A stretch of DNA of 11,432 nt from a virus, in the IMG/VR virus record IMGVR_UViG_3300046009_007268, positions 1-11,432 of that record; one strand, written 5' to 3'. Below are positions 1 to 7,350 of the stretch, one piece after another. The notes beneath the pieces are model-generated. The model made no database searches. It was not told the origin of the DNA and saw only the letters and a list, made by a program, of their open reading frames with translations. Both the position numbers and the translations under genes were made by a program. Numbering within the stretch: position 1 is the stretch's first letter; every line of letters begins with the position of its first letter.

Positions 1-717
1 GGATTTGAAGATTTAGCTGATGAACAAGCTTCAATGAAATGGCAGATGGTTCGTCTTTACGAATACCTCCAAAATCTTCCACTCACAACAATCGTGGTTG
101 ACCATATTGAAGCTGATGATGTTATCGCTTATTTGGCATCCTACTTCAAGGAAAAGGTTTACATCCTATCCAATGACCGAGATTTTCTCCAATTGGTTTC
201 AGAGAAGGTAAACGTTTATGTTCCTACACAGAAAAAAATGTTCAATCAAGAGAATCTGTTGGAACAATATTCCGTGTGGTCTGAAAACTTTACAATCTTC
301 AAGGCATTACTTGGTGATAATTCCGACTCTATTCCAGGAATAAAGGGTATGGGTGAAAAGACAATTCTGAAACATTTTCCTGAACTTGGTGAACGAAAGA
401 AGATTGGATTGGATGAGTTTATACAAATCTGTGAATCATATGATGGTAAGGCAAAGGCAATGTTGGAATTGAAACAATCTATTCCACAATTGAAACGAAA
501 CTATGAGTTGATGCAGTTATTGGATGTGGATATACCCGCATCAATGAAATCAAACATACGAAATATGGTTGATGGTGAAATTTCTAGTATGAATAAGATT
601 CAACTTGATAAATTGTGTTTACAAGATAAACTCCGTGCCGTAATGAATGGTTGGGATGATTGGTTATCCACAAACTTCAAATCGTTGGATTCATATAGAA
701 CTAAAATTGTTGAATAG
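1..717 (+). CDS. 5'-3' exonuclease / flap endonuclease (FEN; T4 RNase H / Pol I 5'-exo family), 5' end cut by the window edge
   Basis: The frame is open from nt 1 (GFEDLADEQAS precedes the tracked Met at 34). IEADDVIA and LSNDRDFLQL match the acidic metal-site motifs. GDNSDSIPGIKGMGEKT matches the helix-3-turn-helix signature of the 53EXO/FEN family. Confidence 0.85.
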   Translation, partial: GFEDLADEQASMKWQMVRLYEYLQNLPLTTIVVDHIEADDVIAYLASYFKEKVYILSNDRDFLQLVSEKVNVYVPTQKKMFNQENLLEQYSVWSENFTIFKALLGDNSDSIPGIKGMGEKTILKHFPELGERKKIGLDEFIQICESYDGKAKAMLELKQSIPQLKRNYELMQLLDVDIPASMKSNIRNMVDGEISSMNKIQLDKLCLQDKLRAVMNGWDDWLSTNFKSLDSYRTKIVE

Positions 718-731
718 ATAGTTATAAACAT

Positions 732-810
732 AAGGCCGTGGAATTCATTTGATTCGTAGTTTGTTTGTCAGCTCCTACAAAATCTCCTCCGATTCCACGG
801 CTTTTCTTTT
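732..810 (+). terminator. Long-loop hairpin plus T-tract after the exonuclease gene (possible terminator or regulatory structure)
   Basis: AAGGCCGTGGAAT (732-744) pairs with ATTCCACGGCTTT (792-804), about 13 bp including one G-U, with a 47-nt loop. It is followed by TTTTCTTTTTATTT. The large loop makes it atypical for an intrinsic terminator. Confidence 0.4.
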
Positions 811-869
811 TATTTGATATTTATTAGTAGACAAACAAACAAATCAAATAAAAGAAAATGGAGGACTAT

Positions 870-1607
870 ATGGTTATCTACAAGACCACCAATTTGGTGA
901 ACGGAAAACAATACATTGGTAAAGATAAACACAATAACCCAAACTATATTGGTTCTGGAACTTATCTAAAAAAAGCAATCAAAAAATATGGAAAAGAAAA
1001 CTTCAAAAAAGAAATACTTGAAGTGTGTTCTTCAAGTAAAGAACTAATGGAACGTGAGGAATACTGGTTGAATTATTATGATGCCGGCGGAGATCCTAAT
1101 TTTTATAATACCCACAATTATAGTTATGGTTGTCCATCTCATTCTGAAGAAACCAGACGAAAAATGAGTGAATCACGTAAAGGAAAACCGAAAAAGAAAC
1201 ATTCGGAAGAATCTAAACGAAGAATGAGTGAATCCCGACGAGGCGAAAAACACTTTATGTATGGAAAACAGGTGAGCACAAAAACCAGAGAAAAAATAAG
1301 ACAATCTCTTATAGGGAAGAAATTTTCAGAAGAAAGAAGACAAAATATAAGTAAATCTCATCTTGGACATATTGTGAGTGAAGATACAAAACGAAAATTG
1401 AGTTTACTAAATTCCGGTGAAAATCACCCTCAATTCAAAGGATATATTATTTGTGTAAGTGGCGAATATAAAGGACAACGTAAAACGTCAAAAGAATGGG
1501 TTATATTGTTGAATACTGGTTTCAGTAGTTTATCAACTCATTTATCGGGTAAGGGATACAAAAAAGGTATTCGTGGAAATTTTTTGAAATGGGAACACGA
1601 ACTTTGA
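870..1607 (+). CDS. Free-standing GIY-YIG homing endonuclease with NUMOD3 repeats (Seg / I-TevI-like)
   Basis: N-terminus VIYKTTNLVNGKQYIGK...EREEYWLNYYDA matches the GIY-(10 aa)-YIG module. Five NUMOD3-like repeats follow (SEETRRKMSESRKGK, SEESKRRMSESRRGE, STKTREKIRQSLIGK, SEERRQNISKSHLGH, SEDTKRKLSLLNSGE), then a C-terminal HTH-like tail. GGAGG at 860-864 sits 5 nt before the ATG at 870; an in-frame ATG at 858 is the alternative start. Confidence 0.85.
   Translation: MVIYKTTNLVNGKQYIGKDKHNNPNYIGSGTYLKKAIKKYGKENFKKEILEVCSSSKELMEREEYWLNYYDAGGDPNFYNTHNYSYGCPSHSEETRRKMSESRKGKPKKKHSEESKRRMSESRRGEKHFMYGKQVSTKTREKIRQSLIGKKFSEERRQNISKSHLGHIVSEDTKRKLSLLNSGENHPQFKGYIICVSGEYKGQRKTSKEWVILLNTGFSSLSTHLSGKGYKKGIRGNFLKWEHEL
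1140..1250 (+). repeat. Tandem ~60-nt DNA duplication encoding NUMOD3 modules 1 and 2
   Basis: cattcTgaagaaACCaGacgaaAaatgagtgaatcAcg (from 1140) versus cattcGgaagaaTCTaAacgaaGaatgagtgaatcCcg (from 1200). Aligned by hand at a 60-nt period. Confidence 0.6.
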
Positions 1608-1608
1608 T

Positions 1609-1637
1609 TTGGTAAATTCAATTCACTTTCGTATATT
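1609..1637 (+). promoter_or_regulatory. Candidate promoter TTGGTA-N17-TATATT upstream of the helicase gene
   Basis: TTGGTA at 1609-1614, a 17-nt spacer, TATATT at 1632-1637, 39 nt before the ATG at 1676. The same architecture and flanks (TTTCG-TATAyT-GTA) occur at 10296-10324 and 10664-10692. Confidence 0.4.
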
Positions 1638-1675
1638 GTAGTCATAACTAAACCAACATATACGAACGATAACAA

Positions 1676-3028
1676 ATGCAAGATACACTTTCGGAATACG
1701 GACATACGTTTCAAACAAAAGTTATTTCCTGTCTTATCAGTGATAAGGCGTTCTTGGGACAAGTCAGTGATTTATTAGAACCTGGATACTTTGAATCTCA
1801 ATACAATAACTGGATAGTAGAGAAGATTTTAGATTACCATCGTAAATTCAAATCATCACCGACGGCCGAAGTTTTCAAATCTCTTCTCATTCCAGTTGAA
1901 GATAAACTACTTCGTGCTGGAATTGTAGATAATCTAAAAGAATCATACAAACTACAAAACTCCCCTGACTTGGAATACGTGAAGAATGAAGTCATTGAGT
2001 TCTCCAAAAATCAACGTATGAAGCAAGCAATTCTTACGAGCGTTGATTTGTTGAAATCTGGAAAGTTTGACCAAATCAAAAAAACCGTTGATTCGGCATT
2101 GAAAGCCGGTAGTGATAAAGACATAGGACACATTTTCAAACTTCACATTGAAGAGAGATATAGTGAAGGTGCAAGAACGTGTGTTGCAACTAATTGGGAT
2201 GTAATCAATGATATAATGTCAGGAGGTCTCGCGAACGGAGAGCTAGGCGTGGTCGTTGCTCCTGCCGGTGGTGGTAAGAGTTGGGGTCTAATCAATCTTG
2301 CTGCAAATGCCGTAAAACAGGGAAAAACCGTTATTTACTATACTCTTGAATTGAATGCTTATTATGTTGGTAGACGTATTGATGCGTATCTCACAAAGAT
2401 ACCATTTCAGAATCTCGGAGAAGAACATTCTCGCGAGAGAATCCAAGAAGTGATGGAAGGACTTGAAGGTAATCTCATTATCAAGTATTACCCAACACGA
2501 ACCGCATCAATAACGACTCTGACCTCTCATATTCAAAAATGTATAGATCAGGGACAAAAACCAGATATGATTGTTCTTGATTATGCCGATCTTATCCGTC
2601 CTGCAAAAGCTAGTGATAAAAGATTGGAACTAAATGACATCTATGAAGACCTACGTGGTGTTGCTGGTGAGTATGATATTCCAATTTGGACTGCATCTCA
2701 ATCTTCACGCTCATCCACCGACGACGAAGTAATTGAAGGAAACAAGGTATCTGAATCTTACAATAAAATTATGATTGCGGATTTTGTTATGTCCCTCTCT
2801 CGTAAGTTGAATGATAAGATTGGTGGAACAGGACGATGGCACATTATCAAGAACCGATTCGGCCCTGATGGTATGACATTCCCAAGTAAGATAAATACAA
2901 TGACGGGACATATTGAAATCTTTGAACCTAACTCTGACATCGGTAAATCTGTTTCACAATCTATGACCGGTGAAGGTATGGTAAAGAAAGCTCTTTCACA
3001 AAAGTTCAAAGAACTTGAAGGTTTCTAA
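1676..3028 (+). CDS. DnaB-like replicative DNA helicase (RecA-fold, no primase domain)
   Basis: Walker A GVVVAPAGGGKSWG, Walker B MIVLDYADL, and a downstream IWTASQSSR motif typical of DnaB / T7 gp4-type helicases. The helical N-terminal domain resembles DnaB_N. Confidence 0.85.
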   Translation: MQDTLSEYGHTFQTKVISCLISDKAFLGQVSDLLEPGYFESQYNNWIVEKILDYHRKFKSSPTAEVFKSLLIPVEDKLLRAGIVDNLKESYKLQNSPDLEYVKNEVIEFSKNQRMKQAILTSVDLLKSGKFDQIKKTVDSALKAGSDKDIGHIFKLHIEERYSEGARTCVATNWDVINDIMSGGLANGELGVVVAPAGGGKSWGLINLAANAVKQGKTVIYYTLELNAYYVGRRIDAYLTKIPFQNLGEEHSRERIQEVMEGLEGNLIIKYYPTRTASITTLTSHIQKCIDQGQKPDMIVLDYADLIRPAKASDKRLELNDIYEDLRGVAGEYDIPIWTASQSSRSSTDDEVIEGNKVSESYNKIMIADFVMSLSRKLNDKIGGTGRWHIIKNRFGPDGMTFPSKINTMTGHIEIFEPNSDIGKSVSQSMTGEGMVKKALSQKFKELEGF

Positions 3029-3084
3029 TGTTGGTCTATATTTATATCATATAAACCAAATTATTTTTTTTTTTGGAGTCGAAG

Positions 3085-3438
3085 ATGAAAGACCTAATAC
3101 AAGAAGGCAGAAAGATACAAGAAGCATTCAAGAAGAATGTTGGTGAGAACATCAATGAAGCCACACCAACTGGTGAAGACATGAAGATTATAAAGCAGAT
3201 TGCTGACATAGCTTGGAATAAATGGAAAACAAAAATGCCAAGTGATTTTCACAATACTTATGGTAATTTACCTAGATCAATTTCCAACAAGTTAACTGGC
3301 GATTTTGTTGACGCTATGGATGCTGAAGTACAGAAACTCTCCATGAATAAAAATTATTTCACTAAGGTTTTTGCAAATCAAAAGTCAGTGGAAGATATGG
3401 TACTTCGAGCATATAAGAAGTATGGTAGCATAATCTAA
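3085..3438 (+). CDS. Hypothetical protein
   Basis: ORF with GGAG at 3075-3078, 6 nt before the ATG at 3085 (the track's start at 3073 is a TTG). It is followed by a strong terminator. No family recognised. The N-terminus MKDLIQE weakly resembles the leaders at 7321, 8093, 9511 and 9891. Confidence 0.6.
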   Translation: MKDLIQEGRKIQEAFKKNVGENINEATPTGEDMKIIKQIADIAWNKWKTKMPSDFHNTYGNLPRSISNKLTGDFVDAMDAEVQKLSMNKNYFTKVFANQKSVEDMVLRAYKKYGSII

Positions 3439-3459
3439 TGTGTCAACATAGAAAATAAT

Positions 3460-3483
3460 AAAGGGAACTTCGGTTCCCTTTTT
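3460..3483 (+). terminator. Rho-independent terminator
   Basis: AAAGGGAAC (3460-3468) pairs with GTTCCCTTT (3473-3481) around a TTCG tetraloop. The T-run extends to 3483. Confidence 0.8.
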
Positions 3484-3499
3484 CATAAAAGGAAAAGTT

Positions 3500-4222
3500 A
3501 TGTCCTACCTAAATATACCAATCCCACCAATAGACGCAATGGTACGTGGGAATTTCTTACGAGACCAACGGGACTCACACGATAAGAAGTTCCCCTGTAT
3601 CATTTTTGGAATGGCATCAATTCCAGCACAAGCCCCACTCTTTCACTTTGTTATGCAAGACGGTGGACTTTGGTGGAGGATGCCAATACACGCTTTCTCT
3701 TGGAAAGAAGATGCAATAGAACAACCACTTGATGAGTTAGTCTTATGGGACTCATTCTCGTATCACGTTGCAGCAACTCAATTCCCTTATCTCAAAAACA
3801 GGAATATGACATTCATTTCCCGTCGGAGAGAAAAATACAAGGGAAGATACTTGTTCACATTAGATTGGGGTGCATCAACAGATTCAGGTGATACAGACTT
3901 TTTATTCTCTGAATACCCGTCTCAACATAAGTGTGGCCACGTTCTTGCGATGGACAATGGAAACTTTGCGATACAACCAAACAATCGTCTTTTACTCCAC
4001 GACCCTTCATTCACAACAAAAGAAGACGTGGTAATAAACAGAATGTATAATAACACTCTTTGGACTGCTGAAAGAAATCCAAGATGGGTAACTCCTGAAA
4101 CGGATAATATGCAGTATGACCACACCGATTTAGAAGCTGGTGAGTCAAATGAAAAAAGGTCAAAAGAGTATGATGAGAAACTAAATGAAAATACGGATAA
4201 GCCATCTAAACGGAAAGTATGA
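3500..4222 (+). CDS. Hypothetical protein (240 aa) with a charged Lys/Glu-rich C-terminal tail
   Basis: Long ORF with AGGAAA 6 nt upstream of the ATG. It has a Trp/His-rich globular part and a tail EAGESNEKRSKEYDEKLNENTDKPSKRKV. No family recognised by eye. Confidence 0.65.
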   Translation: MSYLNIPIPPIDAMVRGNFLRDQRDSHDKKFPCIIFGMASIPAQAPLFHFVMQDGGLWWRMPIHAFSWKEDAIEQPLDELVLWDSFSYHVAATQFPYLKNRNMTFISRRREKYKGRYLFTLDWGASTDSGDTDFLFSEYPSQHKCGHVLAMDNGNFAIQPNNRLLLHDPSFTTKEDVVINRMYNNTLWTAERNPRWVTPETDNMQYDHTDLEAGESNEKRSKEYDEKLNENTDKPSKRKV

Positions 4223-4760
4223 TAATGAAACAGGTGCAGACCTTTGTGAAGTGTTTGGAACACCCGAAGATGAAACCTACAAAGAACTTTTTGAAAAAGG
4301 ATGGCTACCAACAAAAAACGGAGAATGGTATCAATCCCGTTCTTCTCGTGTAAAGATAGATGAGTTATCAGGAACTCGTCGGTATGAAGTTAGAAAGTTG
4401 AAGGTATCAAATGAAGGTGATTGGGAAAAGATATTTGAAGAAAGTAAGTTTCTTTACCCCGATTACCAAGAAGATTATATCAGAACTTGCCTTTCATTCA
4501 ACCACGAGATTTATTACTTTGATGACTCTGTGTTTGCGGTTCTAAATTGGTTTGATGATATTCCATTCTTCTCAACCGTAGTCGGTGGTAGAATGAAGAA
4601 AAATGGAATAACTCCCCTAACTTGTTATTACTTCATCCATAAACTACTTGGACATTCGTACCCTTATTTGTATATTAGTGAATGGTATGAACAGTTCAAT
4701 TTCAAGGCAAACTATCCTAACTTTGAATGGTGGGATGGGGAAAAATGGGTAAAAAAATAA
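4185..4760 (+). CDS. Putative ATE/Bpt-like aminoacyl-tRNA-protein transferase (remote, motif-level)
   Basis: The ATG follows an in-frame TAA at 4182-4184 and overlaps the upstream ORF by 38 nt. KGWLPTKNGEWYQSRSSRV..RRYEVRK, FAVLNWFDDIPFFSTVVG and YPYLYISEWYEQFNFKANYPNFEWWDGEKW resemble my recollection of the ATE_C/Bpt motifs (GFRRSG..Y.P...R, aVav.D...dglSavY and YLGYwI...KM.YK..y.P.E....W). Confidence 0.45.
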   Translation: MKIRISHLNGKYDNETGADLCEVFGTPEDETYKELFEKGWLPTKNGEWYQSRSSRVKIDELSGTRRYEVRKLKVSNEGDWEKIFEESKFLYPDYQEDYIRTCLSFNHEIYYFDDSVFAVLNWFDDIPFFSTVVGGRMKKNGITPLTCYYFIHKLLGHSYPYLYISEWYEQFNFKANYPNFEWWDGEKWVKK

Positions 4761-4868
4761 TTCAGAAAATCACCGATTTTTTCTTTCAAACTTCATACTT
4801 ATCTCTATACGATTCAACTTTGGAATCAAAAATAAACGTTTTTAGAAAAAAAATAATCGGAGACAACT

Positions 4869-6722
4869 ATGGATATTAGCAACCGAATTCTTTCGGATAT
4901 TACTGTATTCCAAAAATACGCGAAATACTTACCCGAACTGAATCGGAGAGAGACGTGGGAAGAGTTGGTGACAAGAAATAAAGAAATGCACCAAAATAAA
5001 TACCCACAACTTCATGATGAAATTGAATCTGCGTATAAGTTTGTCTACGATAAGAAGGTTCTTCCGTCCATGCGATCACTTCAATTTGGTGGTAAGCCAA
5101 TTGAAATCAATCCATCAAGAATCTATAACTGTTCTTATTTACCGATTGACGACTGGCGCGCCTTTGGTGAAGTAATGTTTCTTCTTCTCGGTGGAACTGG
5201 TGTAGGTTTCTCCGTTCAAAAACATCACGTTGAAAAGCTACCACCAATTCACAAACCAAAGAAAGACCGCGAACGTAGATTCCTCGTCGGTGATTCTATT
5301 GAAGGTTGGGCTGATGCAATCAAAGCAGTTGTAAAGTCATACTTTTTCAGCGGTTCATCACTTCGTTTTGACTATTCAGACATTCGTCCAAAGGGAACTC
5401 GTCTCATCACATCAGGTGGTAAGGCACCAGGACCAGAACCGCTTCGTATTTGTATTGAAAAGATTCGATCTATCCTTGAACTAAAGCACGATGGTGAAAA
5501 TCTAACTCCATTAGAAGTCCACGATATTATCTGTCATATTGCAGATGCGGTTCTTGCCGGTGGTATTCGTCGTGCTGCTCTTATCTCTCTTTTCTCTGCT
5601 GATGATAACGAAATGATTTCGTGTAAGTTTGGTGCATGGTGGGAATTGAATCCTCAACGTGGACGTGCAAATAACTCAGCAGTATTACTTCGCAGTAAGA
5701 TTACCGAAGAGTTCTTCAAGGAGTTGTGGAAGAAGATTGAACTTTCAAACGCAGGTGAACCAGGAATTTACTTCTCAAACGATAAGGATTGGGGAACAAA
5801 TCCATGTTGTGAAATTGCACTTCGTCCATTCCAAATGTGTAATCTGTGTGAAGTAAACGCATCAGATGTGGTGGACCAACAAGATTTAGAAGACCGAGTT
5901 CGTGCTGCCGCATTTATCGGAACACTCCAAGCATCATACACCGAGTTCCACTACCTTCGTCCAATTTGGCAAAGAACTTGTGAGAAGGATGCGCTTCTTG
6001 GAATCGGTATGACTGGTATTGGTTCGGGCGTTGTTCAGAAGTTGGATGTCAAAACAAGTGCAAAAATTGCAAAGGAAGAAAACGAAAGAGTTGCAAATCT
6101 TCTCGGTATCAATAAAGCCGCAAGAGTAACTTGTATCAAACCATCAGGAACAACATCATGTGTTCTCGGTACGAGTTCAGGTATTCATGCATGGCACAAT
6201 GACTACTATATCCGTAGAATCCGTATTGGTAAGAATGAGGCACTATACAACTATCTTATCCAAAATCACCCACAATTGGTTGAAGATGAATACTTCCGTC
6301 CACATGATACCGCCGTCGTTGGTGTCCCACAAAAGGCACCAGACCATGCTATTATGAGAACTGAATCTCCAATTCAACTTCTTGAACGTGTGAAGTGGTT
6401 TAGCCAACAATGGATAAAGCCAGGTCATCGTTCGGGTATGAATACTCACAACATTTCGGCAACGGTATCTATCCGTGAACATGAATGGGATGCAGTAGGT
6501 AATTGGATGTGGGAAAATAAGGATTTTTACAACGGTCTTTCAGTCCTCAATTACGATGGGGGCAGTTATAAACAAAGTCCCTTCGAGGATATTACAAAAG
6601 AAGAATACGAAAGATTGATGTCAACACTCCATGAAATTGATTTAAAGAACGTTGTGGAGTATGATGACAACACAGAATTGGCACAAGAAGCTGCGTGTGC
6701 AGGCGGCGCGTGTCTAATATAA
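4869..6722 (+). CDS. nrdJ: Ribonucleotide reductase, class II (adenosylcobalamin-dependent, monomeric RTPR-like)
   Basis: 617-aa ORF with GGAG 7 nt upstream. It carries the active-site-like motifs IYNCSY, GGTGVGFS, RGRANNSAV and TNPCCEIAL (NPC.E thiyl-Cys loop). The C-terminal redox pair CAGGACLI resembles the C-x-G-G-A-C tail of L. leichmannii-type RTPR. No beta subunit gene is adjacent. Confidence 0.85.
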   Translation: MDISNRILSDITVFQKYAKYLPELNRRETWEELVTRNKEMHQNKYPQLHDEIESAYKFVYDKKVLPSMRSLQFGGKPIEINPSRIYNCSYLPIDDWRAFGEVMFLLLGGTGVGFSVQKHHVEKLPPIHKPKKDRERRFLVGDSIEGWADAIKAVVKSYFFSGSSLRFDYSDIRPKGTRLITSGGKAPGPEPLRICIEKIRSILELKHDGENLTPLEVHDIICHIADAVLAGGIRRAALISLFSADDNEMISCKFGAWWELNPQRGRANNSAVLLRSKITEEFFKELWKKIELSNAGEPGIYFSNDKDWGTNPCCEIALRPFQMCNLCEVNASDVVDQQDLEDRVRAAAFIGTLQASYTEFHYLRPIWQRTCEKDALLGIGMTGIGSGVVQKLDVKTSAKIAKEENERVANLLGINKAARVTCIKPSGTTSCVLGTSSGIHAWHNDYYIRRIRIGKNEALYNYLIQNHPQLVEDEYFRPHDTAVVGVPQKAPDHAIMRTESPIQLLERVKWFSQQWIKPGHRSGMNTHNISATVSIREHEWDAVGNWMWENKDFYNGLSVLNYDGGSYKQSPFEDITKEEYERLMSTLHEIDLKNVVEYDDNTELAQEAACAGGACLI

Positions 6723-6786
6723 CGGTGGTATCTATATTTATTTAACAGGGAACTAATCCCGACTATTATACAAACAGGAGAACGTT

Positions 6787-6963
6787 ATGACAAAGCAAGA
6801 ACTATACGAACAAATTACAAATCTGTTCAATGAGTTTACCGTCGGACACAATTCAAAGTTCAAGAAAGGTGCAGGAGACGCTCGTAAGGCGTTAGGTGCA
6901 ATCAAGAAGTTGATCACACCTTACAACAAGGCATCTGTGTCTGAAGGCAAAGAGTCCAAGTAA
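6787..6963 (+). CDS. Histone H1/Hc1-like small DNA-binding protein (58 aa)
   Basis: This ORF is below the track's length cutoff. AGGAG lies 6 nt upstream of the ATG. MTKQELYEQITNLFNEF...KKGAGDARKALGAIKKLITPYNKASVSEGKESK matches the length and the KG..A.ARKA....KL....K.S pattern of ~60-aa bacterial histone-H1-like (Hc1 N-domain) proteins, as recalled. Confidence 0.55.
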   Translation: MTKQELYEQITNLFNEFTVGHNSKFKKGAGDARKALGAIKKLITPYNKASVSEGKESK

Positions 6964-6968
6964 ATCAA

Positions 6969-7169
6969 ATGAAAGAGGAAGATTATTACATAAACGAAAA
7001 CGGGAAGGTGGTATTCACAGAAGAGTACCACCTTTGCCGTTCATTTTGTTGCGGGTCGGGATGTCTTCACTGCCCGTATGAACCAAAACATACAAAGGGG
7101 GTAACGAATGTTGCGATTAGAGAACGAGGTAGATCCGAAGATAACACAACCAACACATCTGAAGGATAA
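6969..7169 (+). CDS. DUF5522-like cysteine-rich small protein
   Basis: EEDYYINENGKVVFTEEYHLCRSFCCGSGCLHCPY matches the recalled DUF5522 signature (DFYY.E.G..VFTE.YHL.RG.CC..GC.HCPY). The C-terminal 20 codons overlap the next ORF. Confidence 0.55.
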   Translation: MKEEDYYINENGKVVFTEEYHLCRSFCCGSGCLHCPYEPKHTKGVTNVAIRERGRSEDNTTNTSEG

Positions 7170-7317
7170 AAAGATTATTGTTAGACGTGGAGATGAGATA
7201 TTTATTTCCAACGTTTTTATCACAGGTGGTACGTGTTTCGTATATTACTATGGGATGTTTATGGAAATCTTTGAAATGGATGGTTGGACGAAATTACCCG
7301 TCGTTTCATATTTATAG
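7108..7317 (+). CDS. Hypothetical small protein
   Basis: AGGGGG at 7094-7099 lies 8 nt upstream of the ATG. Its last codons (PVVSYL-stop) belong to the junction sequence that is duplicated at 8058-8089. No family recognised. It overlaps the 6969 ORF by 62 nt. Confidence 0.4.
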   Translation: MLRLENEVDPKITQPTHLKDKKIIVRRGDEIFISNVFITGGTCFVYYYGMFMEIFEMDGWTKLPVVSYL

Positions 7318-7350
7318 GTAATGATAAAACTCAAAGACATATTATCTGAA
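7286..7350 (+). repeat. Junction repeat, copy 1 (end of upstream ORF, ATG and leader codons)
   Basis: About 57 of 65 nt match 8058-8122 by hand alignment, with a 29-nt perfect core GTTTCATATTTATAGGTAATGATAAAACT at 7303-7331 matching 8075-8103. Confidence 0.85.

Noticed and set aside
3064-3074. A T11 homopolymer upstream of the 3085 gene as a phase-variable tract.
   Set aside because: It lies outside coding sequence and between a promoter-like motif and the RBS. It is more likely an AT-rich spacer or UP-like element. Variability cannot be judged from a single sequence.
4152-4184. An A6 run (GAAAAAAGG) near the end of the 3500 ORF as a slippery site fusing it to the 4185 ORF.
   Set aside because: The 4185 frame has a TAA at 4182-4184 immediately before its ATG, so a shift at 4152-4157 would terminate at once. 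The zero-frame register is also not the A-AAA-AAG heptamer.
5659-6357. Plus-strand alternative-frame ORFs 5659-5856 and 6160-6357 inside the RNR gene, and 9218-9430 overlapping the membrane-protein ORF.
   Set aside because: These are off-frame within a confidently assigned gene. For 9218-9430, the 9231 frame has coherent TM helices and an RBS, whereas the 9218 frame does not.
7180-7188. An RGD tripeptide in the 7108 ORF (VRRGDEIF) as an adhesion motif.
   Set aside because: A tripeptide with no supporting context; its chance occurrence is high.
7309-7316. TATTTATA read as a T4-type late promoter (TATAAATA).
   Set aside because: It is the reverse complement of TATAAATA, so it sits on the wrong strand for these + strand genes. 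No + strand TATAAATA was seen at gene starts.
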